From an uncultured delta proteobacterium (GTDB taxonomy: Bacteria; Myxococcota; Myxococcia; Myxococcales; Anaeromyxobacteraceae), in the NCBI GenBank assembly GCA_963814585.1, contig CAWFDF010000011.1:228002-292001 (forward strand): DNA of 64,000 nucleotides. The letters run 5' to 3'. A model generated the notes under the pieces. It did not search any database. It was not told the DNA's origin and saw only the letters and a program-made list of their open reading frames with translations. The number at the start of each line of letters is the position of its first letter. Positions within the stretch are counted from its first letter, which is position 1. A program made the position numbers and the translations under genes. Positions 63,669-64,000 of this stretch are shown piece after piece.

Positions 63669-64000
63669 ATGGCCGAGGCCCCCTACAGGGTGAGCGACCC
63701 GACGCTGGCGGAGTTGCTCCGCCGGCTCGTCCCGGCCTACAGGCCGGAGAGGGTGTACCTCTTCGGTTCCCGGGCGCGCGGCGAGGCCGGGCCGGACAGC
63801 GACTACGACCTCCTGCTCGTCGTGCCGGACGACGCTTCGGCCGATCGCCGGCGCTCCCGGCTCGCGTACGAAGTGCTGCGTGGGACGGGCGTCGCGGCCG
63901 ACGTCCTGGTCTGCACCCGGAGCTGGTTCGACCGTCGCGAGGGGCTCAAGGCCTCGCTCCCTGGCACCGTCCTCCGCGAAGGGCGCCTCCTCCATGCCGC
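63669..64000 (+). CDS. Minimal nucleotidyltransferase (MNT), probable MNT-HEPN antitoxin; runs off window end
   Basis: RVYLFGSRARGEAGPDSDYDLLLVV (GS-x10-DxD); absent from the ORF track because the stop lies outside the window. Confidence 0.88.
   Translation, partial: MAEAPYRVSDPTLAELLRRLVPAYRPERVYLFGSRARGEAGPDSDYDLLLVVPDDASADRRRSRLAYEVLRGTGVAADVLVCTRSWFDRREGLKASLPGTVLREGRLLHA

Larger units (their letters stand above)
51305..64000. mobile_element. Tandem array of small cassettes at tRNA-Pro(GGG), no integrase in view (continues past window end)
   Basis: Five tRNA 3'-half direct repeats, seven xis-like copies, repeated flanking sequences, unrelated cargo between them. Confidence 0.8.

Noticed and set aside
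51305..64000. Classical integron (intI/attC)
   Set aside because: No IntI-like gene and no recognisable RYYYAAC...GTTRRRY attC sites; boundaries are tRNA fragments.

Overview
High-GC window whose gene content looks Anaeromyxobacter-like (Myxococcota); the taxonomy is my inference. About 1-51 kb is mostly core genome: PhaR-like regulator, tatA, threonine aldolase, ruvCAB, lpxC (with a consensus sigma54 promoter), acetyl-CoA hydrolase/transferase, hom, aceEF, a frameshifted CoA-activase fusion, an ABC transporter/acyl-CoA ligase operon and ychF. A heavily frameshifted ~3 kb integrase/primase element at ~18.0-20.9 kb sits in the 3' end of the acetyl-CoA hydrolase gene, and the RRFGTW* tail occurs at both of its ends. 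The most striking region is 51.3-64 kb. It is a tandem array of small cassettes with no integrase in view, punctuated by five 42-44 nt copies of the 3' half of tRNA-Pro(GGG) on the minus strand. Seven excisionase-like HTH copies mark the cassette starts, conserved hairpin-bearing ends mark several cassette ends, and each cassette has 1-3 cargo genes (lipoproteins, oxidoreductases, regulators, two complete toxin-antitoxin pairs and a probable third). This looks like an integron-like gene-capture array anchored at a tRNA. The intact tRNA and any integrase are predicted to lie beyond position 64000. All calls come from reading motifs by eye; no database searches were run.
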